A DNA stretch of 64,000 bases. It comes from an uncultured Acidobacteriota bacterium. GTDB taxonomy: Bacteria > Acidobacteriota > UBA6911. The stretch spans positions 32,001 through 96,000 of the forward strand of contig CAWEJX010000017.1 in the NCBI GenBank assembly GCA_963809485.1. The letters run 5' to 3'. Positions 38,252 to 49,288 of the stretch are shown here, in pieces. The position numbers and the translations under genes are program-made. The number at the start of each line of letters is the position of its first letter. Positions within the stretch are counted from its first letter, which is position 1. Under the pieces are notes generated by a model. It saw only the letters and a program-made list of their open reading frames with translations. It was not told where the DNA came from and ran no database searches.

Positions 38252-39691
38252 TCACTCCAGGGAGACCCATACGGACTTCACCTGGGTGTACAGGTCGATG
38301 CCGTGCCGTCCCAGTTCCCGCCCGAACCCGGACTGCTTGTAGCCGCCGAAGGGAGATTCGGGTGCCGTCATATTATAGGCGTTGATCCAGACGGTACCTG
38401 CCTGAAGCCGGCGCGCAAGAAGATGAGCCCTGGCGACATCGCGCGTCCAGACCGCCGCTGCCAGGCCATAGATGGTCGCGTTGGCTTTTTCCACAAGCTC
38501 ATCGGCATCCCGGAAAGTGAGTACCGAAAGTACGGGCCCGAAGATCTCCTCCTGGGCAATGCGCATGTTCTGTGCCACGCCATCGAATATGGCGGGTTTG
38601 ACAAAATAGCCGCAATCGCCCACCCGGCCGCCCGGCAGGACAGGCTGGGCCCCCTCGTTTTTACCGATCTCGATATATCCAAGGACACGGTCCATCTGGG
38701 TTTTGGAAACAAGCGCTCCCAGGCGGGTCCTGGGATCCAGCGGGTCCCCCGGCTGGAGCTTTTCTGCTCTTTCAACAAGTTTGCTCATCACCTGATCGTG
38801 GACGGATTCTTCGATGAAGAGCCGGGAGCCGGCATTGCAGACCTCTCCCTTGCCGTAGAAAATCCCGTTGAACGCGCCCTTGACTGCAGACTGCAGATCC
38901 GCGTCGGCAAAAATGATGTTCGGGGATTTGCCGCCCAGTTCCAGGGAGACCTTTTTCAGGCTGTCGGCCGCCGTGCGCATGATCTCTTTGCCGACGGACG
39001 TGCTGCCCGTGAAAGAAATCTTGTCCACATCGGGATGAGCCACCAGCGCCCGGCCGGCACTTTCCCCATAGCCCGGGACCACATTGACGACGCCGTCAGG
39101 GAAGCCGGCTTCCTGGCAAAGCTCTCCCAGGCGCAGGCCCGTGAGCGGAGTTTCTTCCGCAATCTTCGCCACGGCCGTGTTGCCGCAGGCGAGCGCCGGC
39201 GCAAGCTTCCACGCGAGCATGAGAATCGGGAAATTCCATGGGGTTATTAGGCCGCAAATCCCGCAGGGTTCGCGCAGGGTGTAGTTGAAATAATTGCCGG
39301 GGACCGGGATCGTTTCTCCCTCAATCTTGGTGCACCAGCCCGCGTAGTAATAAAAAACCTCCGCAGCGGCAGGAATGTCCACATGGCGAGCCTCGAAAAT
39401 GGGCTTGCCGTTGTCCATCGACTCGATCATAGCAAGCTCGTCGGCATTCTGCAGAATCAGGTCGCCGACTTTCCATAGAAGCTTCGAGCGCTCGCGGGCT
39501 CCCATGTTCCGCCAGCTGCTTCGGTCGAAAGCCTCGCGTGCCGCTTTTACCGCGGCGTCTATATCGGGCTCGTCTGCTTCTGCGACCTCCGCAAGCACCT
39601 CTTCCGTTGCAGGATTGATAGTTGCAAAGGTCTTCCCGGATTGGGCGTCCCGGAATTTGCCTCCGATAAGTAGCTGTGTCGGCCCGGCCAT
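38252..39691 (-). CDS. NAD(P)-dependent aldehyde dehydrogenase
   Basis: 'PWNFP', 'FTGST', 'LELGGKSP', catalytic 'GEVCNAG', 'EEIFGP', 'PFGGYKQSG'. Confidence 0.95.
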   Translation of the reverse strand: MAGPTQLLIGGKFRDAQSGKTFATINPATEEVLAEVAEADEPDIDAAVKAAREAFDRSSWRNMGARERSKLLWKVGDLILQNADELAMIESMDNGKPIFEARHVDIPAAAEVFYYYAGWCTKIEGETIPVPGNYFNYTLREPCGICGLITPWNFPILMLAWKLAPALACGNTAVAKIAEETPLTGLRLGELCQEAGFPDGVVNVVPGYGESAGRALVAHPDVDKISFTGSTSVGKEIMRTAADSLKKVSLELGGKSPNIIFADADLQSAVKGAFNGIFYGKGEVCNAGSRLFIEESVHDQVMSKLVERAEKLQPGDPLDPRTRLGALVSKTQMDRVLGYIEIGKNEGAQPVLPGGRVGDCGYFVKPAIFDGVAQNMRIAQEEIFGPVLSVLTFRDADELVEKANATIYGLAAAVWTRDVARAHLLARRLQAGTVWINAYNMTAPESPFGGYKQSGFGRELGRHGIDLYTQVKSVWVSLE

Positions 39692-39768
39692 ATACTCACC
39701 TCCTTGCAGTTTGCACCTCAGGCGTTCACTGAGGACGGCTCAGCAGAGCTGGGGGATTACGAGTTAAT

Positions 39769-40638
39769 TTACCCTTCTTCCTTCAGCATCCTGGCGGCTT
39801 TTCTCAACTCCCGCCTATGAGCTTCACTGACTTCCGGATAGCGCAGGTTCATAGACTTCAGCTTGTCGGACACAATATCGGCAACGGCGGCACGCGCAAA
39901 CCACTTCGCGTTGGCAGGAATGACGTACCAGGGCGCCCACTCCGTGCTTGTCGCGTTCAGCATATCCTCATAGGCCTTCATGTAATCCTTCCAGCGCCCG
40001 CGTTCCTTCAGGTCGTCGAAGGAAAACTTCCAGTTCTTTTCCGGCCGCTCGATCCGCTCCAGGAAGCGCTTCTTCTGTTCCTGCCTGGAAATGTTGAGGA
40101 AGAACTTCAGGATAACGGTCCCGTTGCGCGTCAGATACCGCTCGATGTTGTTGATATCCTCATAGCGGTGTTCCCAGACGTCCTTGCTCTTTATTTCTTT
40201 TTCGGGAATGCGCTGTCCGTTAAGGATTTCGGGATGAACCCGAACAATCAGAACCTCCTCGTAGTAGGAACGGTTGAAAATACCGATGCGGCCGCGCTCG
40301 GGAAGCGCTTTCATGTTTCGCCAGATGAAATCGTGGTCGAGTTCCTCCTGCGACGGCGTCTTGAATGAAAAGACCTGGCAGCCCTGCGGATTGACCCCGC
40401 TCATGATGTGCTTGATGATCCCGTCTTTCCCTGCCGCGTCCATCGCCTGGAAGATCAGAAGCAGCGCATAGGTATCCTGCGCGTAAAGCACGTCCTGCAG
40501 GCGAGCCAGCGTCTCGATATCGGCGGCGAGCTTTTCCCTGGCTTCTTCCTTCGACTTGAACTTCCCTGTGAAGCCCGGAGCATAATTGCCGAGCTTGATC
40601 CTCTTCCCGGGCGGTACTAGAAAGTGTTCATAGTTCAT
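39769..40638 (-). CDS. ppk2: Polyphosphate kinase 2 family protein (class III-like)
   Basis: 'QAMDAAGKDG', 'GIFNRSYYEEV', 'KNWKFS'. Confidence 0.93.
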   Translation of the reverse strand: MNYEHFLVPPGKRIKLGNYAPGFTGKFKSKEEAREKLAADIETLARLQDVLYAQDTYALLLIFQAMDAAGKDGIIKHIMSGVNPQGCQVFSFKTPSQEELDHDFIWRNMKALPERGRIGIFNRSYYEEVLIVRVHPEILNGQRIPEKEIKSKDVWEHRYEDINNIERYLTRNGTVILKFFLNISRQEQKKRFLERIERPEKNWKFSFDDLKERGRWKDYMKAYEDMLNATSTEWAPWYVIPANAKWFARAAVADIVSDKLKSMNLRYPEVSEAHRRELRKAARMLKEEG

Positions 40639-40735
40639 AGCGCTCTCCTGAGTCTGGAGTTTGAGAATGATGGCCCATTATAGCGTTTGCCGCATGAATG
40701 GGCTATTTGACTTTTGCCTTTCCCAAAGCTAGCTT

Positions 40736-41563
40736 ATGGCGATGCCGGACGAGTTTGTTCCATCGATTATGCCTGCCGATCCAGGCAGTCGGGACGCCTG
40801 GTGGTTTATAGTGTCGGACTATGGCCTTCTGGTCACCCCCTCGGGCAACACGGCCGCAATCCCCTTTTTAAAGGAACCCGAGAAATTCGGCGTCCAGATC
40901 CTGCGCAGTCTTCATCTCGGCAGTTATCGGGGACACCCGTGCTATGCGGCCGAGGGAAAGCTCTCGGGAGAAAATGCCGAGGGGGCTGCCTTTCAGGAGA
41001 TTCGTTCTCTTTACAATATTCTCGAGCATGATATATATGCGCTGGGGCTGACGGCCCTGCACCTGATTGAATGGGATAAAGCCCATCAATTCTGCGGCAT
41101 GTGCCGCGGAGAATTGAAGCCGCGCAACGACATGCGGGCCAAGGAATGCGCCGGCTGCGGCCACATCGAGTTCCCCCGCATTTCTCCCGCCATCATTGTT
41201 CTTGTTGAAAGAGAGGACACATTGCTCCTGGCCCGTTCGCCCAGGTTCCGGGACCAATTTTTTAGCGTGCTCGCCGGCTTCGTCGATCCCGGAGAAAGCC
41301 TGGAAGAGGCGGTGCACCGTGAAGTCAGGGAAGAGGTCGGCATTAACGTGAAGGATATCACTTACTTCGGCAGCCAGCCGTGGCCTTTTCCCGACAGCCT
41401 CATGATCGGGTTCACCGCTCAGTTCGAGTCGGGAGAGCTGAAGATCGACGGTCGGGAGATCATTGAGGCGGGCTGGTACCGCGCGAAAGATCTGCCGCCG
41501 ATTCCCGGCAAGCTCAGCATCGCGCGCCAGCTCATCGATTGGTTTGTGGATAAACATTCCTGA
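40736..41563 (+). CDS. nudC: NADH pyrophosphatase
   Basis: Zn ribbon, Nudix box 'GFVDPGESLEEAVHREVREEVG', 'SQPWPFPDS'. Confidence 0.93.
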   Translation: MAMPDEFVPSIMPADPGSRDAWWFIVSDYGLLVTPSGNTAAIPFLKEPEKFGVQILRSLHLGSYRGHPCYAAEGKLSGENAEGAAFQEIRSLYNILEHDIYALGLTALHLIEWDKAHQFCGMCRGELKPRNDMRAKECAGCGHIEFPRISPAIIVLVEREDTLLLARSPRFRDQFFSVLAGFVDPGESLEEAVHREVREEVGINVKDITYFGSQPWPFPDSLMIGFTAQFESGELKIDGREIIEAGWYRAKDLPPIPGKLSIARQLIDWFVDKHS

Positions 41564-41613
41564 CGCCTGGTTGCCGATGAAGCGGCTGGACTCGATTATG
41601 CCCGCTCAATCCG

Positions 41614-42981
41614 CTATAGTACGCCAGCGAATATGGCGCTCATCTGTTTCCGCCAGGCTTCATGAGAGGTATGCAGAGCTCTCCCCATGAAAGAAGCCCG
41701 CAGTTCGCGCAAGACCGGAATTTTTCTGCAGGCGATCATATAGCGGCGATAGTCTTCCCGCGTCTGGAGCGATTCGTCCGCAAGGTAGATCGGCTCCCTC
41801 CTGAAGTTCAGCATCACGATCGCTCTATTCAGCCTGTGCACAGCCGAGGCAATGACTTTCTGCGCCTTGTCCCGATCTTTAAGCGCAGCTTCGTCGCCGG
41901 GCGGAAGCAGGCGGAAAAAGTATGTCGCCCTGCCTGCCGCGGAGGCAGCCTCCCAAGCGACCGTGTTACCTGGAATTGCCGGATCGGCGGCAGTCTTTAG
42001 CGGGAAGAAAAACCAGTAAAGGATCCTGTTTCCGGCGGCTTCCGGCTCGCCGCGAGCAGCTTCGGACATGGGCCGCACCTCAACACTCTCCGCTGCCTCG
42101 TCTCTGCAATCCGATGCTGATTCACCATTCTCTCTTTCAGCCGTTTCACTCCGGATTTCTTTGAAACCCGCAAAATAACCGTCGTCCCCGCACATGCTCT
42201 TAAGGGAATCCAGGTATTCCTTCAAACTCTCGTCGACTGCGGCCCCAAGCAGAGCCGCTTCCATCCTGGGATGGATCGCATTCAGATCTCTGACAGGGAT
42301 AGCTCTCCCTTCCCTGAAAGCCCCGGCAGCGCGCGTGAACTGGTCGGGAGTCAGGAATGGAAAAGAAGAATGAATCACTTGCGCGCCTGTCTCGGAGACG
42401 GCAGATAGGCCGTCCCGAAGTCTCTGAGTCAATTCGCCGGTTCTCTTCGCCAGGCGGGTCAGTTTCAAGATGTCGTTGTCCGAATGGATTACGACCGTGT
42501 AGCTGGAGTCGTCAAAATCCACACGTTCAATATCGGCGTAACGCCAGGAAAATCCGGTCGCCGCCTCAGGAAGGATCGCGAGGTTGCTGCGATAGAGTCG
42601 GATCTCCGCGCGGCTCGAGAAACCTGACCCGGATCCCTCCAGCTGAGCCCAGCCGTCGAACCGCTCTATCTCCTCCAGGTCTTCCAGCAAAAGGCATTGC
42701 ACAAGCCGATCCCGATATGCACCGAGCAGGTCGTGGCCGAGATTTCCGAAATCCCTGGCAAATTTGCTGAGCAGGATTGTGTTCCCTGAATAGAGCTTGA
42801 GCGAGATTTCGTATTCTCCCGGTGCGTATACATCGATGTCACCGAGGTCGCAGGCCAGGGGAGGGCCGGATGAAGGAATGAGCCTGAGGCTCCCGCCCTG
42901 GATGCTCAGACGGCAACTTCCCTCCCCGAGCACCTCGCCTCTTGCGCCGGCGTGCCGGTATTTTCCGCTGTAAGAAGGCAT
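41614..42981 (-). CDS. Hypothetical protein with two putative PH-like repeats
   Basis: 455-aa ORF starting 5 bp downstream of the zinc-ribbon gene; visible internal repeat. Confidence 0.7.
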   Translation of the reverse strand: MPSYSGKYRHAGARGEVLGEGSCRLSIQGGSLRLIPSSGPPLACDLGDIDVYAPGEYEISLKLYSGNTILLSKFARDFGNLGHDLLGAYRDRLVQCLLLEDLEEIERFDGWAQLEGSGSGFSSRAEIRLYRSNLAILPEAATGFSWRYADIERVDFDDSSYTVVIHSDNDILKLTRLAKRTGELTQRLRDGLSAVSETGAQVIHSSFPFLTPDQFTRAAGAFREGRAIPVRDLNAIHPRMEAALLGAAVDESLKEYLDSLKSMCGDDGYFAGFKEIRSETAERENGESASDCRDEAAESVEVRPMSEAARGEPEAAGNRILYWFFFPLKTAADPAIPGNTVAWEAASAAGRATYFFRLLPPGDEAALKDRDKAQKVIASAVHRLNRAIVMLNFRREPIYLADESLQTREDYRRYMIACRKIPVLRELRASFMGRALHTSHEAWRKQMSAIFAGVL

Positions 42982-42986
42982 CGCGA

Positions 42987-43619
42987 TCAGCTCAATCTAT
43001 TTCCGCACTCGGGACAGAATTTCGTGCCTGCTTCAACCTTTGTCCCGCAACGCGAGCACTCATTCTTGGGCCGGAGCGGTTTGCCGCACTCAGGACAAAA
43101 CTTGGCTCCTTCGGCGCGAGCACCGCAGTTTGGGCAGAGAGCGCTCGCTTCGCTGGTAACATCGATATCCCGGGTCAGGTCCATCGATTGCACCTTGGTT
43201 TTTATCTGTTCGACTGTAGCCTGAGCCTGCGCCGCGGCAAGTTCAGTCTCCACATTGGGTGCACAGTCATAGCACAGGCCGCGTTTCTGGTTCCAGCAGA
43301 CGGTGACGCACGCCCAGCGCGAACACTTGGGACATTGCCGGAAGCTCGGCTTTACCTCCGCAACGGCCTCCTGGAAAGCCTTGTCGTGGCCCGGCCCCCG
43401 AACAGCGCGCTCAATTTCGTATGTGCCGGAACTGGCCGAACCAAAGATCCCTCCGAAAATGTTGCCCGCAGCGTGAAGCGCGCTCGAAGCCATTCCCACA
43501 GCCGACGGCTTGAACGGGCTCATGAAACCGTTGCCGCACCGGTCGCAGAAAAACTCGAACTGAAACCCCTTGTCGGTCGAATGGTCAGAGTGGTTGCGTG
43601 TGAATTGAATCAAAGCCAT
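42987..43619 (-). CDS. Multi-zinc-ribbon (DZR) protein
   Basis: Eight CxxC/CxxxC pairs; 'KFCPECG' twice. Confidence 0.85.
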   Translation of the reverse strand: MALIQFTRNHSDHSTDKGFQFEFFCDRCGNGFMSPFKPSAVGMASSALHAAGNIFGGIFGSASSGTYEIERAVRGPGHDKAFQEAVAEVKPSFRQCPKCSRWACVTVCWNQKRGLCYDCAPNVETELAAAQAQATVEQIKTKVQSMDLTRDIDVTSEASALCPNCGARAEGAKFCPECGKPLRPKNECSRCGTKVEAGTKFCPECGNRLS

Positions 43620-43796
43620 ATGAGCTCCTGGATGTCCCATGTATAGCACATCGGGCCGGACCCGCGCAAATTAACCCAATCAGACGGCAAACTTGCGCCT
43701 TGATTAATGAACTGGGATCCTCATATAGGCCCGGCGCCATATCTCCGCTATAATATTTCGTGCTGTCGAGAAACGGACGGCATGTTAGGAGGGACG

Positions 43797-44462
43797 ATGA
43801 ATAAAGGCAGAGTTTTTCCCATGATCCTGGTGATTGCGATTGCTTTTTCATTAATGAGTGGATTGCCGAGGCAAATTCTCGCCCAGACGGAGAAGGGCAT
43901 CGAGCTTTACAATTCCTGGCAATATAAAGAAGCGGAGCAGGTGCTCCGGGAGGCTATAAAGGCCAATCCGGCGGATATTCCCGCGAATTTCTATCTCGGC
44001 CTGTCCCTCCTTTTGGAGGAGAAATACGGCGAAGCTCTCGAAATATTCTCGAAAGTGGCAAGCGGCCGGCTTAAGGCAGAACCGCAGGCTCAATCGGCAA
44101 TCCCGGACGAATTTCAAATGCAGATAGCCATGGCCCGGGCGCACCTTGGACTGAAGCAATATCCTGAAGCGTGGAAGAACCTCGAATCCGCCAAAAAGCA
44201 GCATGCGGATGCTCCCGACGTTTACATCTACCGGGGGGTCTACTATCTTCAGCAGGACAAGATCCGCGAGGCCATCAAGGAGCTCGACAAGGCAGTTGAT
44301 ATGGACGAGCACAATGCCTATGCCCACTATTATGCCGGGCACGCCTATCTCCATACAGGCAACGTGGCAAGGGCCGTGGAATTTTTCAAAATGTTCATCC
44401 AGCTGGCTCCCATGGCACCGGAGGTCGAAAAGGCAAGGGCCCTCATCAGCGCCCTGTGCTGA
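43797..44462 (+). CDS. Exported TPR protein
   Basis: AGGAGG RBS, signal peptide, TPR helices ('AHYYAGHAY'). Confidence 0.85.
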   Translation: MNKGRVFPMILVIAIAFSLMSGLPRQILAQTEKGIELYNSWQYKEAEQVLREAIKANPADIPANFYLGLSLLLEEKYGEALEIFSKVASGRLKAEPQAQSAIPDEFQMQIAMARAHLGLKQYPEAWKNLESAKKQHADAPDVYIYRGVYYLQQDKIREAIKELDKAVDMDEHNAYAHYYAGHAYLHTGNVARAVEFFKMFIQLAPMAPEVEKARALISALC

Positions 44463-44634
44463 TTTGCCGCGTCAGCAGCTCAGCATTGAAGAAAGTGGCA
44501 TGGATACAAGCCGCGTGATAGGAAAGACGGTCTCTTCGGAGCCGTCCGTTTGATTGCATAAAATTTGCTTCGGTGTTTGTTTGAGAGGACGGCCCCAATG
44601 AGCCGTCCTCCCAGATGCGCCTCCGCGGCGGGGG

Positions 44635-44943
44635 TTACAGTTGGTGGATTTCCCCCGACTTCTTGTCCTTCCAGTATCCTCTCAGCTCCAACGGCCAGTT
44701 GAACTGAATTGCCCCGGGAGTGGGGCAATCGTTTGCACAGCAGCCGCAATACCAGCATTCTTCGGGATGCAGGATAATCGGCGTCCTGCCTTCCACGGGA
44801 TTGGGTATATAAACATCGACCTGACAGGTTTCTACACAATTGTTGCAGCCGGTACAGATCTCCGGGTTAAATACCACCGGGCAGCTCGGTGTAGAAACAT
44901 TTGGAATCGCGAATATTTTTTCCTGAGACACTTTATCCTCCAT
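44635..44943 (-). CDS. 2[4Fe-4S] ferredoxin (AprB-like)
   Basis: 'CTGCNNCVETC' and 'PEECWYCGCCANDCP'. Confidence 0.9.
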   Translation of the reverse strand: MEDKVSQEKIFAIPNVSTPSCPVVFNPEICTGCNNCVETCQVDVYIPNPVEGRTPIILHPEECWYCGCCANDCPTPGAIQFNWPLELRGYWKDKKSGEIHQL

Positions 44944-44973
44944 TAATCACGCCTGTAACATTGATTTAACCCG

Positions 44974-46920
44974 TTATTTACCCTTGTATACGCCTGTGTA
45001 GTCCTGGTTGTGGGCTTCATACTCCTTTTTCATATCGCCCCAGAATCCCTGCGGCCGTTCCCGGACCTTGACCTTGTCGTTTTCCAGCTTGATCGTCAGG
45101 AATTTGTTCCATTCCGGCGGATCAATCGTCGGAAAGTCTATTCTGTGGAAATTCAGCGGCATGCTGCTGGCCTTGCGGGCTAAGGAAGCCTGGACGATGA
45201 TCTTTGCGTTCTCCAGCATGCTGAGGTCTTCCAGACTGCGCATCAGCTTGTGAGGATCCAGAGCATAGAGCCTCGGAACCGCTTCGGCTTCGAGTTTTTG
45301 CAGCGCACCCAGCCCCATTTTCAGGAGCGATTCGGTCTTATATTCACTGACGTAATACTGCATGACCCTTGCGAGGCCGGCGTGCAGCTCTTTCCACTCG
45401 ATGCCGCTGTCGCGTTTGACCGGTGCATAAACCCGGGCTTTTTCCTTTTCGATCTGGTCGCGGGATATTTTGGCTTCACCGGCTTCGCGGGCAAAGGCGG
45501 CGGCTTTGCGTCCGGCATATCTGCCGGTAGCGGCTGCATGACTGTGGTCTTCCGGAGCGAACATCTGAGTCCCGCCGGCATATAAACCTTCCAGGGTGGT
45601 CCTCAGGTCCCAGTCCACGAGCAGGCCTCCGCCGTAGCCTACGTCCCGCCATTGGGGCAGGCTCTGGCCTTCGATGAATTTGTAGCTCTGGAGCAGATCG
45701 TTGCTTATGTCGAATCCGCCCTTGTTGAAGGTATCGATGATGATCCTCGTCGTCGATTCCTCCCCCAGCATCAGGTTCCAGGTGGCTCTCCTTTCAACAT
45801 CGGGCATGGACGGAAAGTCGCCGTAGAAGGGGAGCTCATATTCGCCCTTCAGGATGCCTTCGCGGATTTTCGCATCCACTCCCGGTGCCGGAACCATTGC
45901 GCCGGCGTCAATCCAGCCCTGTATGGGATAGGGCAATCTCCGGCCTTTGGCATCCACGATCGGGACATTCTCATAGCTGGCGTCGCCCGCCCCGCTATAC
46001 CACTTATGCTTCAAACCGGTCGCGATCCCGATCATCCCGGTGTTTTCCATTTTAGTCAGTTCCGCTCCGGCTCTCCAGGCCATGATCGTGCCGTCGCCGG
46101 ACATCGTGCGGGAATGCATGTTGGAATAGCCGCCCAGTTCCATGCTCATCAACCACAGGGACCCGCCGCCCGCCGTGGATAGGATCGTGGCTTGGGATTT
46201 GAAAATCATGAATTCGCCCGTGCGGCTGTTGAGGCCGGTGGCGCCTGCGACCCGTGCGCCCTGAACGCCGTTTTCCGTCAGCAGGCTGGTACCCATCACG
46301 CGGTCAAAGATTTTCACTCCCAGGCGCTTGCATTCCTTTTTGAGCGCGGGTTTGAAAGTGCTTCCCCAGACGCGTATGACGACGTTATTCCGTTTTTCGG
46401 GCGGATTAAAATTGGGCTCTCCCATCCTGGGGTCCGGGAGATAGCTGTGTATCGTCCCGTAGCGCGGGGATATCATGAACTTGGTCTTGTCGTCCCTGCC
46501 CTCGGCTCCGGCATATTCGTTTTCGGTGTCCCTGATCTTGCCGCCCATCTGCTCCATTTCAAGCAGGGTGTCGTAGTTCTCCCTGCACTGGATCTGGACC
46601 CCGATACCATTGCTGTAAGGGCGGTCCGCCATGTGTTTTGCCCAGGCATCCGGGGCCACACGGGACAGCGGATTCGCCGGAGCATCGCACCAATGATCGC
46701 ATCCAGGGCCGCCGGCGCCGCTCCTGACCGTGTCACCCTTTTCCACCAAAGCCACCCTCAATCCTTGCCTGGCAGCGCTGATAGCGGCCCAGCAGCCGGC
46801 GATTCCGCCGCCGATTACGAGGACATCGGTATCAACTTCCTGCTCCTGGCCATAGCGCACAGGATACGGCCAGCTGGGTGGTCGACCTTCTTCCTTCAAG
46901 TATTCATGCCATGTAGTCAT
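44974..46920 (-). CDS. FAD-dependent oxidoreductase, AprA/SdhA/NadB superfamily
   Basis: 'DVLVIGGGIAG..AA', 'VEKG...RSGA', 'TTLEGLYA'; paired with a ferredoxin. Confidence 0.85.
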   Translation of the reverse strand: MTTWHEYLKEEGRPPSWPYPVRYGQEQEVDTDVLVIGGGIAGCWAAISAARQGLRVALVEKGDTVRSGAGGPGCDHWCDAPANPLSRVAPDAWAKHMADRPYSNGIGVQIQCRENYDTLLEMEQMGGKIRDTENEYAGAEGRDDKTKFMISPRYGTIHSYLPDPRMGEPNFNPPEKRNNVVIRVWGSTFKPALKKECKRLGVKIFDRVMGTSLLTENGVQGARVAGATGLNSRTGEFMIFKSQATILSTAGGGSLWLMSMELGGYSNMHSRTMSGDGTIMAWRAGAELTKMENTGMIGIATGLKHKWYSGAGDASYENVPIVDAKGRRLPYPIQGWIDAGAMVPAPGVDAKIREGILKGEYELPFYGDFPSMPDVERRATWNLMLGEESTTRIIIDTFNKGGFDISNDLLQSYKFIEGQSLPQWRDVGYGGGLLVDWDLRTTLEGLYAGGTQMFAPEDHSHAAATGRYAGRKAAAFAREAGEAKISRDQIEKEKARVYAPVKRDSGIEWKELHAGLARVMQYYVSEYKTESLLKMGLGALQKLEAEAVPRLYALDPHKLMRSLEDLSMLENAKIIVQASLARKASSMPLNFHRIDFPTIDPPEWNKFLTIKLENDKVKVRERPQGFWGDMKKEYEAHNQDYTGVYKGK

Positions 46921-47315
46921 TCCTCAACCTCCTCGATGAAAAGATGGACGCCTGCTTTTTCTTCAGCAGATGAGCAATGCGTCGGAATCATGGGAATCGG
47001 CACTCCGGAATCGCAATCTTCGCTGCACGTCGATCTGTATCCGCCGGCGTCAACCGCTCCGCCGCGTAAATTTCCAATACGTTGGAAGAATTATTCCATT
47101 CAGCCAGCATTTATTGCTGGCCCAAAGGCAAAAACCGAGTCTTCACCAAAATCGAAACATTCAGATTGTCAAACCAACAGACATTTTACGCTATCGATAA
47201 TTCATCTATTCTAGCATCCCGAACTTGCCTCGGGGCAAGTGCTTTCCATCTGGATTTCCGGGATGCCGGCGCAATCCCCGCCCCGGGCATCCAAAGGTGC
47301 CGGCTGACTGCTCAC

Positions 47316-48962
47316 TCAACCGCGCAGAGCCTTGAAAAAATTGATCAAGCCGTTGGTAGAGCTGTCGTGCGAGGCAACCGGTTCATCGCTTTTGAGTTCT
47401 GGAAGGATGGCCTGGGCCAGCTGTTTGCCCAGTTCAACGCCCCATTGATCGAAGCTGTTGATGTTCCATACGACTCCCTGGACAAAGATTTTGTGTTCGT
47501 AGAGCGCGATCAGCCGTCCGAGGGTGCGCGGATCCAGTTTTCGGAAGATCAGCGAGTTTGTGGGCCTGTTGCCTGGAAAAACCTTGTGAGGAAGCAGCCG
47601 CTCGATCGCGGCATCCTCAAGCCGTTCGCGCTCCAGCTCGGCCCGTGCTTCGTCAGCGCTCTTCCCTTTCATCAAGGCTTCGGTTTGGGCAAAAAAGTTG
47701 GCGAGCAAAATCCTGTGGTGATCCCCCAGGGGGTTGTGACTCTGAGCCGGAGCAAGAAAATCAGCCGGAACCAGCCTCGTCCCCTGATGAATCAGCTGGT
47801 AGAAGGCGTGTTGCCCGTTGGTGCCCGGCTCGCCCCAGATGATCGGGCCTGTCGTGTAATCCGTGACCGGCTGTCCGCCGCGATCGGCGCTTTTGCCGTT
47901 GCTCTCCATATCTGCCTGCTGGAAATAGGCGGCGAAACGGTGCAGGTACTGGTCATAGGGCAGGATGGCGTGCGTTGCTGCGCCGAAAAAGTTGTGGTAC
48001 CAGATACCCAGGAGACCCATGATCACCGGGATATTTTGACGCAGCGGCGCCTTGAGAAAGTGCTGGTCCATTTCGTGGGCGCCTTCGAGCAGTTCCTCAA
48101 AATTCTCCATCCCGATGACGACGGCAATGGGCAATCCGATGACCGACCATAAGGAATAACGTCCGCCGACCCAATCCCAGAACTCGAACATGTTCCGGGT
48201 GTCGATGCCGAATTCGGCGACCGCTTTGGCATTGGTCGACAGGGCGATGAAGTGCCGGGGGACACTCGCGTCGCTCCCCAGTTGGCCGACCAGCCACTCG
48301 CGCGCCGATTTCGCATTGGTTAGCGTTTCCAGGGTCGTGAAGGTCTTGGACGCCACACAAAACAGCGTCGTCTCCGCGAAAATCCCCTTCAGGGTTTCGG
48401 CCAGATGTGTCCCGTCAACATTTGAAACAAAGTGGACCTTCAGTCCCTTTTTCCAGTAGGGCCTTAGAGCCTCGGTCGCCATCACCGGGCCGAGATCCGA
48501 TCCACCGATCCCGATGTTCACCACATCGGTGATTGGTCTGCCGGTATAGCCCAGCCAGGATCCTTCGCGCACCTCGCGAACAAGACTGCGCATTTTGGAC
48601 AGTTCGGATCTCACGGCCGGCATCACATCTTTGCCGTCAACGAAGACAGGCTGCCCCGACAGGTTGCGAAGAGCCGTATGCAAAACTGCTCGCCGCTCGG
48701 TTGCATTGATCTTTTCTCCCGAAAACATTCTCTCGATCCAATGGCGAAGCTGGACCTGCTCAGCCAGTGCGACAAGAAGGCTTATGGTCTCTTCCGTAAT
48801 GCGGTTCTTGGAGTAATCGAACAGAAGATCGCCGAAGCGGAGTGAAAATTTTTCGAACCTCGACGGATCCTGCGCGAATAGCGTTCGCATGTGAACCGCT
48901 GAGATTTTCTGATAATGGGCTTCAAGCGCCTTCCAGGCTGGGGAGCGGACTAATGATGACAT
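47316..48962 (-). CDS. pgi: Glucose-6-phosphate isomerase
   Basis: '[10 protein letters not shown]', 'SKTFTT', 'WDWVGGRYS', '[10 protein letters not shown]'. Confidence 0.98.
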   Translation of the reverse strand: MSSLVRSPAWKALEAHYQKISAVHMRTLFAQDPSRFEKFSLRFGDLLFDYSKNRITEETISLLVALAEQVQLRHWIERMFSGEKINATERRAVLHTALRNLSGQPVFVDGKDVMPAVRSELSKMRSLVREVREGSWLGYTGRPITDVVNIGIGGSDLGPVMATEALRPYWKKGLKVHFVSNVDGTHLAETLKGIFAETTLFCVASKTFTTLETLTNAKSAREWLVGQLGSDASVPRHFIALSTNAKAVAEFGIDTRNMFEFWDWVGGRYSLWSVIGLPIAVVIGMENFEELLEGAHEMDQHFLKAPLRQNIPVIMGLLGIWYHNFFGAATHAILPYDQYLHRFAAYFQQADMESNGKSADRGGQPVTDYTTGPIIWGEPGTNGQHAFYQLIHQGTRLVPADFLAPAQSHNPLGDHHRILLANFFAQTEALMKGKSADEARAELERERLEDAAIERLLPHKVFPGNRPTNSLIFRKLDPRTLGRLIALYEHKIFVQGVVWNINSFDQWGVELGKQLAQAILPELKSDEPVASHDSSTNGLINFFKALRG

Positions 48963-49148
48963 ATCTCAATCCTTTTGCGGAGTTATGGTTCAGGCCTTGA
49001 CGCCCTATTGTACGTTGTATGCCACTCATTGAGAATAATGAACAGCCCCGAAAGCACCAGACTGCATCCTTCTGGAGGGCAATGAGGCATATCCGTTTCT
49101 TGAATCCTGAAATGCGGTCACGGAGCATGACAGCTCCAATATTTGGGT

Positions 49149-49190
49149 AACGCTGACATACGCCGACAAAAACGCCGACGAACGCTGAAA
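49149..49190 (+). repeat. ACGC(T/C)GAC x4 array
   Basis: Four units at 10-12 bp spacing, preceded by TGACAGCTCC as in the 63113-63160 element. Confidence 0.7.
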
Positions 49191-49288
49191 ATCCATTCTG
49201 ATCCCCAATAGCAGCCGTTTTCGCATTTTTTAATGCGGCTCAGTCGGTGCCGTCGAATCGACACCACTGTTTCGTTAAGGGGGGAACC

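Noticed and set aside
44457-44490. 'C-TGA' at the end of the TPR gene as a C-U selenocysteine motif
   Set aside because: Readthrough adds only 8 residues, no convincing hairpin follows, and a TPR scaffold gives no redox context.
44974-46920. Assigning aprA and sulfate reduction
   Set aside because: Sequence is divergent and sat/qmo context is missing.
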